The notes: a model not told the origin generated them from the sequence alone. A stretch of 49,664 bases of DNA from an uncultured Candidatus Saccharibacteria bacterium (GCA_964580495.1 CAZOKE010000004.1:1-49664), one strand, 5' to 3'. Counted from the first letter of the stretch, positions 36,208 through 46,316 are shown. Numbers and translations: made by a program.

Positions 36208-37128
36208 ATGCCAAAAATAAAAAGTGTGGTGTTGGGGGTCGTAACCCTGGCCCTGCAGGCTGGGTTATGGTGGTACATGCATCAGTCGTTTAGCTATCAG
36301 GCTTCGAGCATGACTTGGGTCTGGGTCAGTCTGCTGGCGGCGTGCATGATCAGCGTTTCGACTTTCTTTTTCCTCACCGACAAGATGCGCTGGTATTCGG
36401 AACTCATCATTGCACTTTCGGCGCTGTCTTATTTTCTTATTTCTACGAAAAATGAATTCGTCTGGATAGGCGGAATTTTATTTGTGGCTTTCACTTTTTG
36501 GTACGAATTGCGTCTGCACGGCGAAGCCCAGAACCGGCTGGATTTTTCCGTATCCCGCGTGGTCAGTTCCTCGGTCAGCCTCATGGTTTATGGCTTATTG
36601 CTTTTAATTGGTTTTAACATTTATTACAATGTGCAAACCAAGTTTCAGCAAAACCCGGACGAGTTTTATAACCGTTTGGGGCAGCAGGCTGCCAAATCCG
36701 TGCCTTATTTCACGAGCCGTCTTCCTGCCGGCACTAATTTGAATGAGCCCTTCTCTCAATACCTGCAGGACCAAGCGAAACAAGACCCTTCGTATAATAA
36801 ACTTGGCAGTTTTGGCCAAGCCGCCTTGTATGAGCAGGCCAAAGCTGGCTTTCAGCAGGAGTTTCAGATCCAAGCGCAAGACAACCAATCTTTGGCGGAT
36901 ATAATTTCCGAAGTCGCGGTTTCCAGAATCAAGCAAGCGGCCCAGCCATTTGATAAATATTTGCCTTTAATCTTCACAGTTATCATCTTAAGCCTGCTTT
37001 ATGCGTTTGCTTTCCTGCTGCGCTGGGCCATTATTATTATTTCATGGATTTTGTTTCAAATTTTGCTGCTTACCGGTTTTTTCAAATTCGAGAAAGTTGT
37101 TGTAGAAGTAAAAAAGTTAGTTATATGA
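36208..37128 (+). CDS. multi-pass membrane protein of unknown function
   Basis: 306 aa with about 7 hydrophobic segments. Confidence 0.8.
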   Translation: MPKIKSVVLGVVTLALQAGLWWYMHQSFSYQASSMTWVWVSLLAACMISVSTFFFLTDKMRWYSELIIALSALSYFLISTKNEFVWIGGILFVAFTFWYELRLHGEAQNRLDFSVSRVVSSSVSLMVYGLLLLIGFNIYYNVQTKFQQNPDEFYNRLGQQAAKSVPYFTSRLPAGTNLNEPFSQYLQDQAKQDPSYNKLGSFGQAALYEQAKAGFQQEFQIQAQDNQSLADIISEVAVSRIKQAAQPFDKYLPLIFTVIILSLLYAFAFLLRWAIIIISWILFQILLLTGFFKFEKVVVEVKKLVI

Positions 37129-37227
37129 TGCGAATTTGCGAATGTTGCATGCCGAATCTACAGATTGCAAATTCGCAATTAGCATATTTGCAGCAATTCG
37201 TTATATTCTTTGATTCGCATAACATCT

Positions 37228-38394
37228 ATGGCCGCTGATTATTATCAAACATTAGGAGTGTCGAAAACCGCCAGCCCGGAAGAAATCAAGCGGGCGTATC
37301 GGGCATTGGCGCACAAATACCATCCGGACAAAGGCAACGGCAACGCCGAAAAATTCAAGGAAATAAACGAGGCATACCAAATTCTTTCCGACCCATCCAA
37401 GCGACAGCAGTATGACCAGTTTGGCCAAGCCTTCAACGGCGCGCGCGGCCAGGGGAATGCTTACGGCGGTTTTTCCGGAGCCGGACCTGGCGCTTGGGAT
37501 TTTGGTGATATTTTCCGGGGTTTTGCAGGTGGCGCTAATCAGGGTTTTGGCGGCGAAGACGCGTTTGATATTTTTTCCGACATTTTTGGCGCAGGCACGA
37601 ACACCCGGCAATCGCGCAGGGAGCGCGGCATCGATTTGGAAATGGAATTGACTTTGACGTTTCAAGAAGCGGTGTTTGGAGTCGAAAAAGAAATACAGAT
37701 TGAGAAACGTGACACCTGCCCGCATTGCAACGGGACCGGGGCTGAACCCGGAACCAAGGTCAACACCTGCCCTAAGTGCCACGGCACCGGGCAGATCCGG
37801 ACCCAGCGCCGGACAATTTTTGGCCAAATGGCTTCGGTAACCACTTGCGACCGGTGTGAAGGCAGCGGCAAAGTTCCGGAACAACCCTGCCGCGAATGTT
37901 CAGGGAGCGGCAGCAAGCGCATGCTGAAAAAACTCAAGGTAAAAATTCCAGCCGGAGTCGAAGACGGACAAAGAATCCGAATTGCCGGCGAGGGCGAAGT
38001 AGGATATAAAGGTTCCACTCACGGCGATCTCTACATCCGCCTAACCGTAAAGGATCATCCGGAATTTAAGCGCGATGCGGAAAATATTTATTCCGAAGTG
38101 CCGGTGAGCTTCTATCAGGCCGCTTTGGGTGCCAAAGTTTTGGTGGATACGGTTGACGGCAAAGTCGAGCTGAAAATTCCGTCCGGCACCCAAACCGGCA
38201 AGGTTTTTCGACTCAAAGGCAAAGGTGCTGGCGTGCTGAACAGATCGGGCCGGGGCGACCACTTCGTCACAGTCAAAGTCGTAACCCCGACCAAGCTCAG
38301 CAAGAAAGAAAAAGAATTGTTTAAAAAACTAGCCGAAGACCACGGGGAATCGGTTGATGCTGACGAGAGCATGTGGAGCAAGTTTACCAGCTAA
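37228..38394 (+). CDS. dnaJ: chaperone DnaJ
   Basis: J-domain HPD, G/F region, four CxxCxGxG repeats; ATG 37228. Confidence 0.97.
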   Translation: MAADYYQTLGVSKTASPEEIKRAYRALAHKYHPDKGNGNAEKFKEINEAYQILSDPSKRQQYDQFGQAFNGARGQGNAYGGFSGAGPGAWDFGDIFRGFAGGANQGFGGEDAFDIFSDIFGAGTNTRQSRRERGIDLEMELTLTFQEAVFGVEKEIQIEKRDTCPHCNGTGAEPGTKVNTCPKCHGTGQIRTQRRTIFGQMASVTTCDRCEGSGKVPEQPCRECSGSGSKRMLKKLKVKIPAGVEDGQRIRIAGEGEVGYKGSTHGDLYIRLTVKDHPEFKRDAENIYSEVPVSFYQAALGAKVLVDTVDGKVELKIPSGTQTGKVFRLKGKGAGVLNRSGRGDHFVTVKVVTPTKLSKKEKELFKKLAEDHGESVDADESMWSKFTS

Positions 38395-38396
38395 CC

Positions 38397-38432
38397 AAAA
38401 AAGACTTCTCGAAAATTCCAGAAGTCTTTTTT
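38397..38432. terminator. bidirectional terminator between dnaJ and the tRNA
   Basis: AAAAAAGACTTC...GAAGTCTTTTTT. Confidence 0.7.
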
Positions 38433-38506
38433 GGTGGGTGTGGGAGGGATCGAACCTCCGACCCTCTGCTTAAAAGGCAGGTGCTCTACCACTGAGCTAC
38501 ACACCC
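38432..38506 (-). tRNA. tRNA-Lys (anticodon UUU)
   Basis: GGGTGTGTAGCTCAGTGGTAGAGC..CTGC-CTTTTAA-GCAG..GGTTCGATCC..CACACCCACCA; cloverleaf with encoded CCA. Confidence 0.96.
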
Positions 38507-38577
38507 AAATTTACGAAATGCTCGAGTATTATAACGATTTCTCTAGAATATTTCAAGCCTAATGCTATAATGCTTTT

Positions 38578-39261
38578 ATGCTCGAACGATTGCAAAAATA
38601 CATATCTTCAGCTGGAATTGCTTCCCGCAGGCATGCGGAGGAGTTGATTGTGGCTGGCAAGGTCAAGGTCAACGGCAAGATTGTCAGGGAACTTGGGACC
38701 AAAGTTGATCCGGATAAGGACAAGGTGGAAGTCGAAGGCAAAAAGACCCAGGTCCAAAATATGGTTTATATCATGATGAACAAACCGAAACGCTACATGA
38801 CCACGCGCAATGACCCGAGAAAGCGCAAAACGGTTTATGATTTATTGCCTCCGGAATTGCGAAATGTTGTTTGGCCCGTAGGCAGACTGGATTTCTTAAC
38901 CGAGGGCTTGCTGATATTTACCAACGATGGGGATTTGACCCAAATTCTGGCACATCCTTCCAAAGAACACGACAAAGAATACGAAGTCGTGCTTGATAAA
39001 GATATTTCGGAAGGACGGGTCCAGAAATTGCGCGAAGGAATGATAATCGAGGGCAAAAAGACAGCACCGGCCAAAGTCACTGTGGACGGCAAAACAGTCC
39101 ACATCACAATCCACGAAGGCTGGAATCGGCAAGTGCGAAAAATGTTCTCGGCTTTCGGTTATACTGTCCGAAGCCTTAAGCGAGTTCGCGTTGGAAAACT
39201 AAGGTTAGGGGATTTAAAAGTTGGAGAATATAAAACGATACAAAGAAAGGAGATAATATAA
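38578..39261 (+). CDS. rRNA pseudouridine synthase (RsuA/RluB family)
   Basis: S4 domain (ERLQK..ASRR), VGRLD, EGWNRQVRKM. Confidence 0.92.
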   Translation: MLERLQKYISSAGIASRRHAEELIVAGKVKVNGKIVRELGTKVDPDKDKVEVEGKKTQVQNMVYIMMNKPKRYMTTRNDPRKRKTVYDLLPPELRNVVWPVGRLDFLTEGLLIFTNDGDLTQILAHPSKEHDKEYEVVLDKDISEGRVQKLREGMIIEGKKTAPAKVTVDGKTVHITIHEGWNRQVRKMFSAFGYTVRSLKRVRVGKLRLGDLKVGEYKTIQRKEII

Positions 39262-39512
39262 TGAGTGAACGAATTGAATTGCAACATCAAATTTTGGAAG
39301 ATTTGAAAATGCAAAAGAAGCAGTTGGAAAATAGATTTAGCGAAATCAACAAAGCTTATGAGGAATTAGACGTTAAACCTAAAGACACGTTAAGCCAAGA
39401 AGAGGTAGATGAAATGCAGAACTTAGCAAAGGAGCGGGAAAATTTAGTTTTGGAAATGTCAAAAATAGATACACAAATTATGGAGGTCAACAAAGACTCA
39501 GCAAATATTTAA
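39261..39512 (+). CDS. hypothetical acidic coiled-coil protein
   Basis: 83 aa, translationally coupled to the upstream gene, AAGGAG SD. Confidence 0.65.
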   Translation: MSERIELQHQILEDLKMQKKQLENRFSEINKAYEELDVKPKDTLSQEEVDEMQNLAKERENLVLEMSKIDTQIMEVNKDSANI

Positions 39513-39581
39513 TTATTTAGAAAAACAGCTTTTATGGTATAATATAAGGGCTGTTTTCTTTTCTCAAATAAATATTTTTTT

Positions 39582-39621
39582 CACCCTCACCCCCGACCTC
39601 TCTCCCTCGAACGGAGAGGGG
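39582..39621. repeat. REP-like element
   Basis: ccctcacccc..ctctctcc..ggagaggg. Confidence 0.5.
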
Positions 39622-39643
39622 AATCCTATATTGTAGAAATCAT

Positions 39644-40885
39644 TTGAAACCACAAACAGAAGAAAAAAGAAATATAGTCATTCTCGGCGGCGGCTTTGCC
39701 GGAATCCGCTGCGCTTTGGATTTGGGGCATTTGCTGGCTTACGATGAACAATATGAAATTGTTTTAGTCGATAAGAAAGATTATCAGACATATTATTCGG
39801 GTTTGTATGAGGCAGCCACCACCGAACACGGGCTGGTCGAAGCCAAAAAAGTGAAGAGCACGGTTGCGATTCCTTTTGACGAAATTTTTGCGCATACGAA
39901 AGTCAAAGTTTTTAAAGCTTATATTGATTCAATCGATTTGGATAACGGCAAGGTTGTGACTGATTCGCGGATTTTGCCATTTGATTATTTGGTGGTGGCG
40001 ATGGGCAGTGTGGCGGATTTTTACGGCATTCCGGGTTTGGATAAATACAGCTTTACGCTAAAGAGTTTGGACGACGCGATCATGATACGGAACAGAGTCG
40101 AGGAATTAGTAACCAAAAAAGATGCAGCGACTTTTGTCATTGGCGGCGGCGGGTTTGCAGGAGCCGAGTTTGCCGGGGAGCTTTATAACCTCATCCATAA
40201 AGAGTGCGTACATCACGATAAAAATCCGGCAAATTTCAAGCTCATCGTGGTCGAAGGCGGTACGAACTATTTGCCGGGATTGCCTGAAAACGTTTCCAAG
40301 CAAGTTGGGCAGCGGTTGAGCTCAATTGGAATCGAAGCGAAATTTTCGACACTCGTCACAGAAGCTGGGAAAGATTATATTGTATTGAACAAAACCGAGA
40401 AAATATCCTGCGATTTGCTGGTCTGGACCGGAGGCGTGCGGTCATGCAAGATTCCGCTTTTGGATTGCGTTCTGGAATCCGATAAAAAAGATCGAGTCAT
40501 GGTCACGGATTTCCTGAATCTAAAAAAGTATCCCAATGTGTTTGTGGCCGGCGACAATGGCTGCTTTATCGATCCGGTCACAAAAAGGCCAGTGACCCAA
40601 ACCGCGCAGGAAGCGGTGCACCAGGCTAGATTAGTTTCTAAAAATATCTATCGACTAATCAAATTTAAACCGCTGCTGCCATACCATCCGGGCCCGATCA
40701 GGTTTGTGATTCCTGTTTCCGGCAAACATGCGATCCTCTATACTCCATACATCGTAGTCGGTGGATTTTTGGGCTGGCTCATCCGTCGTGCTGCTGACTT
40801 GCGCTATTTTTTGACAATACTCCCGATTACCAAAGCGTTTAGATTCTGGATTTTTGAAAATAGGATATTTATGAAAAATGATTGA
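39644..40885 (+). CDS. ndh: type II NADH dehydrogenase-like FAD/NAD(P) oxidoreductase
   Basis: ILGGGFAG, IGGGGFAGAEFAGEL, LVWTGGV, VFVAGD, TAQEAVHQ; TTG start. Confidence 0.8.
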   Translation: MKPQTEEKRNIVILGGGFAGIRCALDLGHLLAYDEQYEIVLVDKKDYQTYYSGLYEAATTEHGLVEAKKVKSTVAIPFDEIFAHTKVKVFKAYIDSIDLDNGKVVTDSRILPFDYLVVAMGSVADFYGIPGLDKYSFTLKSLDDAIMIRNRVEELVTKKDAATFVIGGGGFAGAEFAGELYNLIHKECVHHDKNPANFKLIVVEGGTNYLPGLPENVSKQVGQRLSSIGIEAKFSTLVTEAGKDYIVLNKTEKISCDLLVWTGGVRSCKIPLLDCVLESDKKDRVMVTDFLNLKKYPNVFVAGDNGCFIDPVTKRPVTQTAQEAVHQARLVSKNIYRLIKFKPLLPYHPGPIRFVIPVSGKHAILYTPYIVVGGFLGWLIRRAADLRYFLTILPITKAFRFWIFENRIFMKND

Positions 40886-40889
40886 TAGG

Positions 40890-40977
40890 AGCGGGTCCTG
40901 GCACGATTTTTACCCCGCACGTGCTCGTCCCTTACGGACTGCACGCGAGCGGGGTCCCCAAAATCGTGCCACCCGCT
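40890..40977. repeat. palindromic element (same family as 5208-5357)
   Basis: agcgggtcctggcacgattt..gtgctcgtcc-cttac-ggactgcacgc..aaatcgtgccacccgct. Confidence 0.65.
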
Positions 40978-41106
40978 TTAAATAGCATTTTTCACTGGAG
41001 AGGTGAGGGGATCAGCAGGCCAATTAAGCCTGTTTTTTTGTTTGTAAGTACAATGGCACAGAAAATTAAACGGGATTAAATTTGTTGCAGAAGGAGTTTC
41101 AAATTT

Positions 41107-41832
41107 ATGAAAAACTTTTTGACTGCAATCCTAGCCGGATCAATGTTGTTTGTCTCAATGCCCACACTGGCCGCTTTCAGGACAAGTTTTAACGTCAGCA
41201 ATGTCGCCTTAAGCCAGACCGATCAAACCATGCCACCCTCTCTTAGCTTTGACCTGACTAATAATTTGGGTACGCGCAAGGTTTTGGCGGACGTGGAGCT
41301 ATATAGTTCATTTGGCACGCGGTTTGGCCAGTACGTGTTTGATAATGTAAGTTTCCATAAAGGCCAAACTCGCAACATTCAAATCACTCCAAATTTATTG
41401 CCGGCAGGAAATTATTTCTATTCTGTAGGCGTGTTCAACCGGAATTGGGGCAAGCGGATTGCTTGGTTTGATGCCGTGGCGTCGTTCAGCTTCCCAACTC
41501 AAGCCGGGCAGCAGATTTTTATGCGCGACATCCAGCGACCCAAACAGAATCTGACCCAAGGCACAGCATTTACCGTCACGCCGGATTTGATCAGTACTGC
41601 TGATATAAATAACGCGACCATTTATGTTTACCTAAACAGCAGCCAAAGCACTATAGCTTATGAGTCCAGTTGTCCAAATGTCAATTTTGTATCCGGGCAA
41701 GTCCAAGCTTGCGCTATGAATGCTCCGGGGACGTTGCCGGTTGGAAGTTACACTATATCAGTGCGAGTTTTTGATTCTGGAGGCAATCTGCTGCAGGAAT
41801 TCACGAACCAAGGCACAATAGTCATCCAGTAA
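41107..41832 (+). CDS. secreted protein with two Ig-like beta-sandwich domains
   Basis: AAGGAG SD; signal peptide; LPAGNYFYSVGVF and LPVGSYTISVRVF. Confidence 0.75.
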   Translation: MKNFLTAILAGSMLFVSMPTLAAFRTSFNVSNVALSQTDQTMPPSLSFDLTNNLGTRKVLADVELYSSFGTRFGQYVFDNVSFHKGQTRNIQITPNLLPAGNYFYSVGVFNRNWGKRIAWFDAVASFSFPTQAGQQIFMRDIQRPKQNLTQGTAFTVTPDLISTADINNATIYVYLNSSQSTIAYESSCPNVNFVSGQVQACAMNAPGTLPVGSYTISVRVFDSGGNLLQEFTNQGTIVIQ

Positions 41833-41887
41833 GAGCTCGTATAGAGCTCTTTTTTTGTGCCCAAAAATTTGCTAGAATGTATCATCT

Positions 41888-42922
41888 ATGCAAAAAGGAT
41901 TTTGGGCAAAGTTAAAAAAACCGATTTTCGCGCTCGCACCCATGGCCAACGTCACGGATGCGGCTTTTCGATCGATTATCGCGCGTTACGGCAAACCGGA
42001 TGTGATGTGGACTGAGTTCGTGCCAGTGGATGGTTTGCTGTCCGAAGGGAAAAATAAGTTGTTGATTGATCTAAAGTATTCGGAAGCAGAGCGGCCGATT
42101 GTGGCGCAAATTTTTGGCGCCGTGCCGGAGCATTTCGAAAAAGTTTCCAAGATGCTGGTGGAATTGGGTTTTGACGGAATTGATATTAATATGGGCTGTC
42201 CGGACAAGGCTGTGCTTAAACAAAAAGCCGGAGCAGCGTGCATTAAAGATCCTAAATTAGCGCAGGAGATTATTGCCGCGGCTAAACAAGGGGCCGGAGA
42301 AATCCCGGTTTCGGTTAAAACCCGGCTTGGGTTTAATAAAGTCGAGATCGATAAATGGATACCAGCTTTGGCAGAAACTAAACCTGCGGCTATAACAATC
42401 CATCTGCGTACAGTCAAAGAGATGTCCAAGGTTGCAGCGCATTGGGATCTCATGCCTGAAATTGTCCAGATGCGAAACGAACTCGCAGCCGAAACACTTA
42501 TCCTCGGCAACGGTGATGTCATGAACCTGGAAGAAGCGGAACAGAAAGTTGCTGAAACCGGATGTGATGGCGTCATGTTCGGCCGCGCGATTTTTGGAAA
42601 TCCCTGGCTGTTTAGAAACATTGATCACCATCGCAATCCTGACGCAAGTCAGGATCTTAAAAAAAGAGATCCTGAATCAAGTTCAGGATTGCAAGTAAGT
42701 GAGCGTATGCGGGCCATGCTGGAGCATACAAAATTATTTGAGCAAGAATTTACCGGGATCAAGAATTTTGAAGTCATGAAAAAGCACTTCAAGGCTTATG
42801 TTAATGGATTTGACGGCGCGAAAGAGCTGCGTACCAAACTTATGGAAACAAAAAATTATGCGGAAGTAGAACAAATCGTGCTTGATCATTATCCTATTCT
42901 CAAGCAAAAGAGTCCTTCGTAA
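41888..42922 (+). CDS. dus: tRNA-dihydrouridine synthase (DusB-like)
   Basis: LAPMANVTD, GIDINMGCP, VSVKTRLG, GNGDV, GVMFGRA. Confidence 0.92.
   Translation: MQKGFWAKLKKPIFALAPMANVTDAAFRSIIARYGKPDVMWTEFVPVDGLLSEGKNKLLIDLKYSEAERPIVAQIFGAVPEHFEKVSKMLVELGFDGIDINMGCPDKAVLKQKAGAACIKDPKLAQEIIAAAKQGAGEIPVSVKTRLGFNKVEIDKWIPALAETKPAAITIHLRTVKEMSKVAAHWDLMPEIVQMRNELAAETLILGNGDVMNLEEAEQKVAETGCDGVMFGRAIFGNPWLFRNIDHHRNPDASQDLKKRDPESSSGLQVSERMRAMLEHTKLFEQEFTGIKNFEVMKKHFKAYVNGFDGAKELRTKLMETKNYAEVEQIVLDHYPILKQKSPS
42633..42692. repeat. RPE-like palindromic element inserted in-frame in dus
   Basis: gcaatcctga..tcaggatct-A tract-agatcctgaatcaagttcaggattgc. Confidence 0.7.
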
Positions 42923-42946
42923 TTTTTTAGTTTGGGAGAGAAAGAT

Positions 42947-42979
42947 AAAAAAGCCGACTCGCGAATGAGTCGGTTTTTA
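42947..42979. terminator. bidirectional terminator between dus and topA
   Basis: AAAAAAGCCGACTC..GAGTCGGTTTTT. Confidence 0.7.
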
Positions 42980-42980
42980 T

Positions 42981-45215
42981 TTATGTTTTGGCTTCAGCGG
43001 GCTGGGCTTCGCGCTCGTAGTCGCATTCTTTGTTCGAGCATTTGAGCACGCCCGAGCGGGGATCTATCATGAGCAGGTCGCCCGACTTGGGACATTTCTC
43101 TCCGGTGGGTTTGCCATTCATAAGGAATTTGCATTTCGGGTATTTGGAGCAGGAATAAAATATTCCGCGTTTGCTTTTTCGTTCCACCAATTCGCCTTCA
43201 CCGCACTTGGGGCAGGTGACACCAGTGCCTTTTTGGATTTTTTTGATGTTCTTGCATTCCGGATATCCGGAACACGCCAGGAAAGCGCCGAACCGGCCGA
43301 ATTTGACGACCATGGGCCGGCCACATTTTTCGCAAACTTCACCCGAGTTTTCATCGATCAATTTTTGTTCCTCCGGCATGGGCCTGGTGTATTTGCATTC
43401 CGGGTAGTTGGAGCAGGCGATAAATTTGCCGAACCGGCCGTGCTTGATGACAAGCGGATGGCCTGAGATGGGGCATTTTTCGTCCAGCTCTTCCACGTGC
43501 TTTTCAACCTCTTTTTCTTTGAGCTTCAAATTCTCATGGAACGGATCGTAGAATTCACGGATTACAGGAACCCATTCTTTGTCGCCATTGGCGACTCCGT
43601 CGAGCTCGTCTTCCATGCGTGCGGTAAATTGGTAATCCACGACTTTTGGAAAATGTTCAACCAGAATATCATTGACTATAAAGCCGATTTCGGTCGGGTG
43701 GAATTTTTTATCGATTTTTTGGACATAGTCGCGTTCCTGGATGGTAGAAATTGTCGGAGCATATGTTGAAGGGCGGCCAATGCCAAGTTCTTCCAAAGCT
43801 TTGATGAGGGATGCGTCGGTAAACCTTGGCGGCGGCTGTGTAAAGTGCTGCTTGGGCAAAATCTTCACGACTTTTGGTTTGTCGCCGGCTTTAAGTTCGG
43901 GCAGTAAACCTTCTTCCTCGATTTCTTCTTCGTCCGTGCCTTCCAAATAAACTTTCATGAACCCGTCAAACTTGATTGTCTGCCCGGTGGAGCGGAAAAT
44001 GTATTTTTTGTCGCCTTTGACTTCGGTATCAACAGATGTCGCGTCAAAAACCGCTTCCGGCATTTGAGTGGCAATAGTGCGTTTCCAGATTAAATCGTAC
44101 AAACGGTGCTGATTGCGGTCCAGATACTCCTTCATGCTTTCCGGATCACGCATAAGGTCGGTTGGCCGGATGGCTTCGTGAGCTTCTTGGGCGTTTTTTG
44201 ACCGCGCTGTGTATTTGCGCGGGGACGGCAGCAGATAATCTTTGCCGTATTTGTCTTTGATGGTTTCTTGAGCGGAGTTTAGGGCGAAATCAGAAAGATT
44301 TACCGAATCCGTGCGCATATAGGTTATAAGCCCGGTGTTGCCTTCCGGTAATTCGACGCCCTCATAAAGCTGCTGGGCGTACATCATGGTCTGCTTGGCG
44401 GAAAATCCCAGTTTGCGCGCGGCTTCCTGCTGCATGGTGGAGGTCGTGAATGGGGCAGCAGGGGAGCGCCTGACTTCTTTTTTTGTAACTTCTATAACTT
44501 CCGCCGGGCGGTTGCGCAAGTCGGAAATAATTTTATTGGCAGCGGTTTCGTTTTTGATCGAAAGTTTGTCTAAACTTTTGCTGTCGATTTTCGCGAGCTT
44601 GCCCAGGAAATTTGAATCTTTATTAAAAGTCGCTTCTATGCTCCAGTATTCTTCCGGTTTGAATTTTTGGATTTCGCGCTCGCGTTCAACTATCAACCGA
44701 ACAGCAACGGATTGTACGCGCCCGGCCGAAAGCCCGCGCCTGACCTTTTTCCAAAGGAACGGTGAGAGTTCGTAGCCGACCAGGCGGTCGAGGATGCGCC
44801 TTGCTTGCTGCGCATCCACCAAATGCAAATCAAGTTTCCGTGGGTTTTCCAAGGCTTCAGCGATCGCGGTTTTGGTGATTTCGTGAAAGGCGATGCGTTT
44901 GATGTCTTTTTCATCCAAATCCAAAGCCGAAAGCAAGTGCCAGGCGATAGCTTCGCCCTCACGATCTTCGTCAGTTGCCAATATCACTTCTGGCGCGTCT
45001 TTGGCCAGTTTTTTGAGTTCCGTAACTTTCTTTTTGGCTTTAGGCGGGACAACATAAGTTGGTTTAAAATCATGTTCAATATCAATTCCCATTTTGCTTG
45101 TGGGCAGGTCGCGGATATGACCAAAAGACGCCTCGACTTTGTATTTGCCGTCGAGGAATCGACTTATAGTTTTAGCTTTGGTGGGAGATTCGACTATGAC
45201 TAGTGTTTTGGCCAT
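42981..45215 (-). CDS. topA: DNA topoisomerase I
   Basis: LVIVESPTKAKTI, LATDEDREGEAIAW, SAGRVQS, ITYMRTDS, C-terminal Zn ribbons. Confidence 0.98.
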   Translation of the reverse strand: MAKTLVIVESPTKAKTISRFLDGKYKVEASFGHIRDLPTSKMGIDIEHDFKPTYVVPPKAKKKVTELKKLAKDAPEVILATDEDREGEAIAWHLLSALDLDEKDIKRIAFHEITKTAIAEALENPRKLDLHLVDAQQARRILDRLVGYELSPFLWKKVRRGLSAGRVQSVAVRLIVEREREIQKFKPEEYWSIEATFNKDSNFLGKLAKIDSKSLDKLSIKNETAANKIISDLRNRPAEVIEVTKKEVRRSPAAPFTTSTMQQEAARKLGFSAKQTMMYAQQLYEGVELPEGNTGLITYMRTDSVNLSDFALNSAQETIKDKYGKDYLLPSPRKYTARSKNAQEAHEAIRPTDLMRDPESMKEYLDRNQHRLYDLIWKRTIATQMPEAVFDATSVDTEVKGDKKYIFRSTGQTIKFDGFMKVYLEGTDEEEIEEEGLLPELKAGDKPKVVKILPKQHFTQPPPRFTDASLIKALEELGIGRPSTYAPTISTIQERDYVQKIDKKFHPTEIGFIVNDILVEHFPKVVDYQFTARMEDELDGVANGDKEWVPVIREFYDPFHENLKLKEKEVEKHVEELDEKCPISGHPLVIKHGRFGKFIACSNYPECKYTRPMPEEQKLIDENSGEVCEKCGRPMVVKFGRFGAFLACSGYPECKNIKKIQKGTGVTCPKCGEGELVERKSKRGIFYSCSKYPKCKFLMNGKPTGEKCPKSGDLLMIDPRSGVLKCSNKECDYEREAQPAEAKT

Positions 45216-45260
45216 TTGCGTTTGATCTTATTAAAAAAATTCGTCGCGCCTTGGAGCCGA

Positions 45261-46316
45261 CTATCTAATTGTGCTGAAAAGTACTGGCCTTGTCAAGCCG
45301 ATTTTTTCTAAAATTTTTTTTGTTTCAGTTTCATCCGCCCATCTGGGGCAGCAAAAATTTTCTATAATTACCGGTTTTAATTCAATTTTTTGGAGAGAAA
45401 GTTTGTTGTTTTCATTTGTAAAAGTCATAGTCGCGGTTAGCCCTTCTTTGGTTTCCTCGCTCCACATTTGGTCAAATACGAAATTTCCCATGGCATAAAA
45501 TATCCAACCATTTTTATACTGCTCGACCGGCTCGACCCAATGCGGGTGGTTGCCTATGACCAAATCGGCACCGGAATCAACAGCAGTGTGGGCAAAATCT
45601 TTTTGGAAAGTGGTGGGCAGCCGCTGGTATTCGATTCCCATGTGGCTAGAGATGATAAGATAATCCACTTTTGGCCTAAGGCTTTTGATGTTTTCTGCTA
45701 ATTGCTTGAGATTTGTGCCGTAGCAAATATCTTTACCGGCGGGTCCTGTGTTGGTGCCATAAGTATAGGCCAAGAAACCAAATTTTATCCCGTTTTTGAA
45801 AATAATCCTGCCGCTATGGCAATCAGTTCCGGTGCCGATTGGGATTATGTTGTTTTTATTCAAAAGGTTTAAGGTATAAGCTACCCCCTCGGCGCCATTA
45901 TCCAAAGCATGATTGTTGGCGGTGGAGAGCACATTAAATCCAGCTTTGGTTAAGCCTGAAACCGCCTGCGGGTTGGCGTCGAACTTCAAGCTTTTGTCCA
46001 CATAATATGGCCCGCTCGAGCTGAAGGGCGACTCGAGATTGGCAAAAGCAATGTCGTTCTTTGACGTTTCAGCAAAAACATTTTGAAACGGCAAGGAAAA
46101 ATCATTTGCCGCCTCCATTTTGGCTTCCACGTTTCTAGAAAGCATAATATCGCCGGCGAAAAACAAGGTGGTGGTAGGTGGGTTGTAGGTGGTAGCGGCT
46201 GGTTTGGAATAACCGAAATTGTTTGTGCCCCAATTTATTTTGAATACAAAAAATAATGCTGTGAGGAACAGCACAATTAAAATCGCTAACCATAAAATTA
46301 TTTTGTTTTTGATCAT
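45261..46316 (-). CDS. CapA family (poly-gamma-glutamate synthesis-like) metallophosphatase
   Basis: AGDIML, ANLESP, ANNHALD, HMGIEY, GNHPHWV, YAMGNFVFDQ. Confidence 0.88.
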   Translation of the reverse strand: MIKNKIILWLAILIVLFLTALFFVFKINWGTNNFGYSKPAATTYNPPTTTLFFAGDIMLSRNVEAKMEAANDFSLPFQNVFAETSKNDIAFANLESPFSSSGPYYVDKSLKFDANPQAVSGLTKAGFNVLSTANNHALDNGAEGVAYTLNLLNKNNIIPIGTGTDCHSGRIIFKNGIKFGFLAYTYGTNTGPAGKDICYGTNLKQLAENIKSLRPKVDYLIISSHMGIEYQRLPTTFQKDFAHTAVDSGADLVIGNHPHWVEPVEQYKNGWIFYAMGNFVFDQMWSEETKEGLTATMTFTNENNKLSLQKIELKPVIIENFCCPRWADETETKKILEKIGLTRPVLFSTIR

